64,000 nucleotides of DNA from Amphiscolops sp. MND2022 (taxonomy: Eukaryota): positions 91,762,001 through 91,826,000 of the forward strand of contig OZ076409.1 in the NCBI GenBank assembly GCA_964187785.1, in the 5' to 3' direction. Shown here piece after piece: positions 63,547 through 64,000 of this stretch. A program made the position numbers and the translations under genes. The notes under the pieces are model-generated. The model was not told the origin of the DNA and ran no database searches. It was given only the letters and a program-made list of their open reading frames with translations. Within the stretch, counting starts at the first letter, position 1; each line of letters begins with the position of its first letter.

Positions 63547-64000
63547 GTAAGTCGCCTCTCCTTGTATCGCTGTTTTACCATGCCACCATGCAAGCTCTCC
63601 TGACCAAGCCCAAATTGGACCAGTTGGAGCTTGAGGCCGTTAAAAGATTTCTGACTGGTTATCTGAACCAAATTTAACCTGTTAACCCTAATTACTCAAG
63701 GGGTACTCTAAAGCAGCCTACCTTTTTTCAATTTCTGATTCGTTTTGCCAGTAGCCCATATTCTCTAGCACAGTTCATTGGTACCTCGAGTTTGATTTGA
63801 ATAGCACAAGCATTGGAAAAAGCGAATTTGGCTCCAAAATTAGGAAAAATGGGTTGATCTTGCAGAAAAACGGTTATGTTTTTCAAAAACTTCGTTTTTG
63901 GCGAAACCCAGTTAATCAATTAACCGAACATGGTTTGAGAAAAAAATCAAATTTCCACGAAACATTAAAAAAACCTTGTTGAAGTTGATCCACTCGAGGG

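Overview
AT-rich, repeat-dense eukaryotic (animal-like) genomic DNA; the species cannot be determined from the sequence. Three host genes are supported: a two-exon COQ4 (20633-24139), a single-exon 1250-aa band 4.1/coracle-like FERM gene (30463-34215), and the 5' exons of an unrecognised secreted Cys-containing protein (from 57803, running past the window end). Most of the rest is nested, decayed mobile DNA: a full-length Ty1/copia inserted in ORF1 of a CR1/L2-like LINE, a full-length BEL/Pao element, LINE, CRE and Tc1 fragments, MITEs with 9-, 8- and 2-bp or TA target duplications, and at least three families of Helentron/DINE-1-like (HINE) elements, one carrying a 172-bp satellite. The most unusual signals are: (1) a ~190-bp multi-hairpin core found three times inside different MITE-like shells; (2) an extra SGNH-hydrolase-like ORF and three spaced 31-nt stem-loop repeats in the BEL/Pao leader, with a second SGNH ORF ahead of a LINE ORF1; (3) an in-frame TGA-CAATCA readthrough-type junction between LINE ORF1 and ORF2. 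All alignments, identities and structures were judged by eye; no searches were run.
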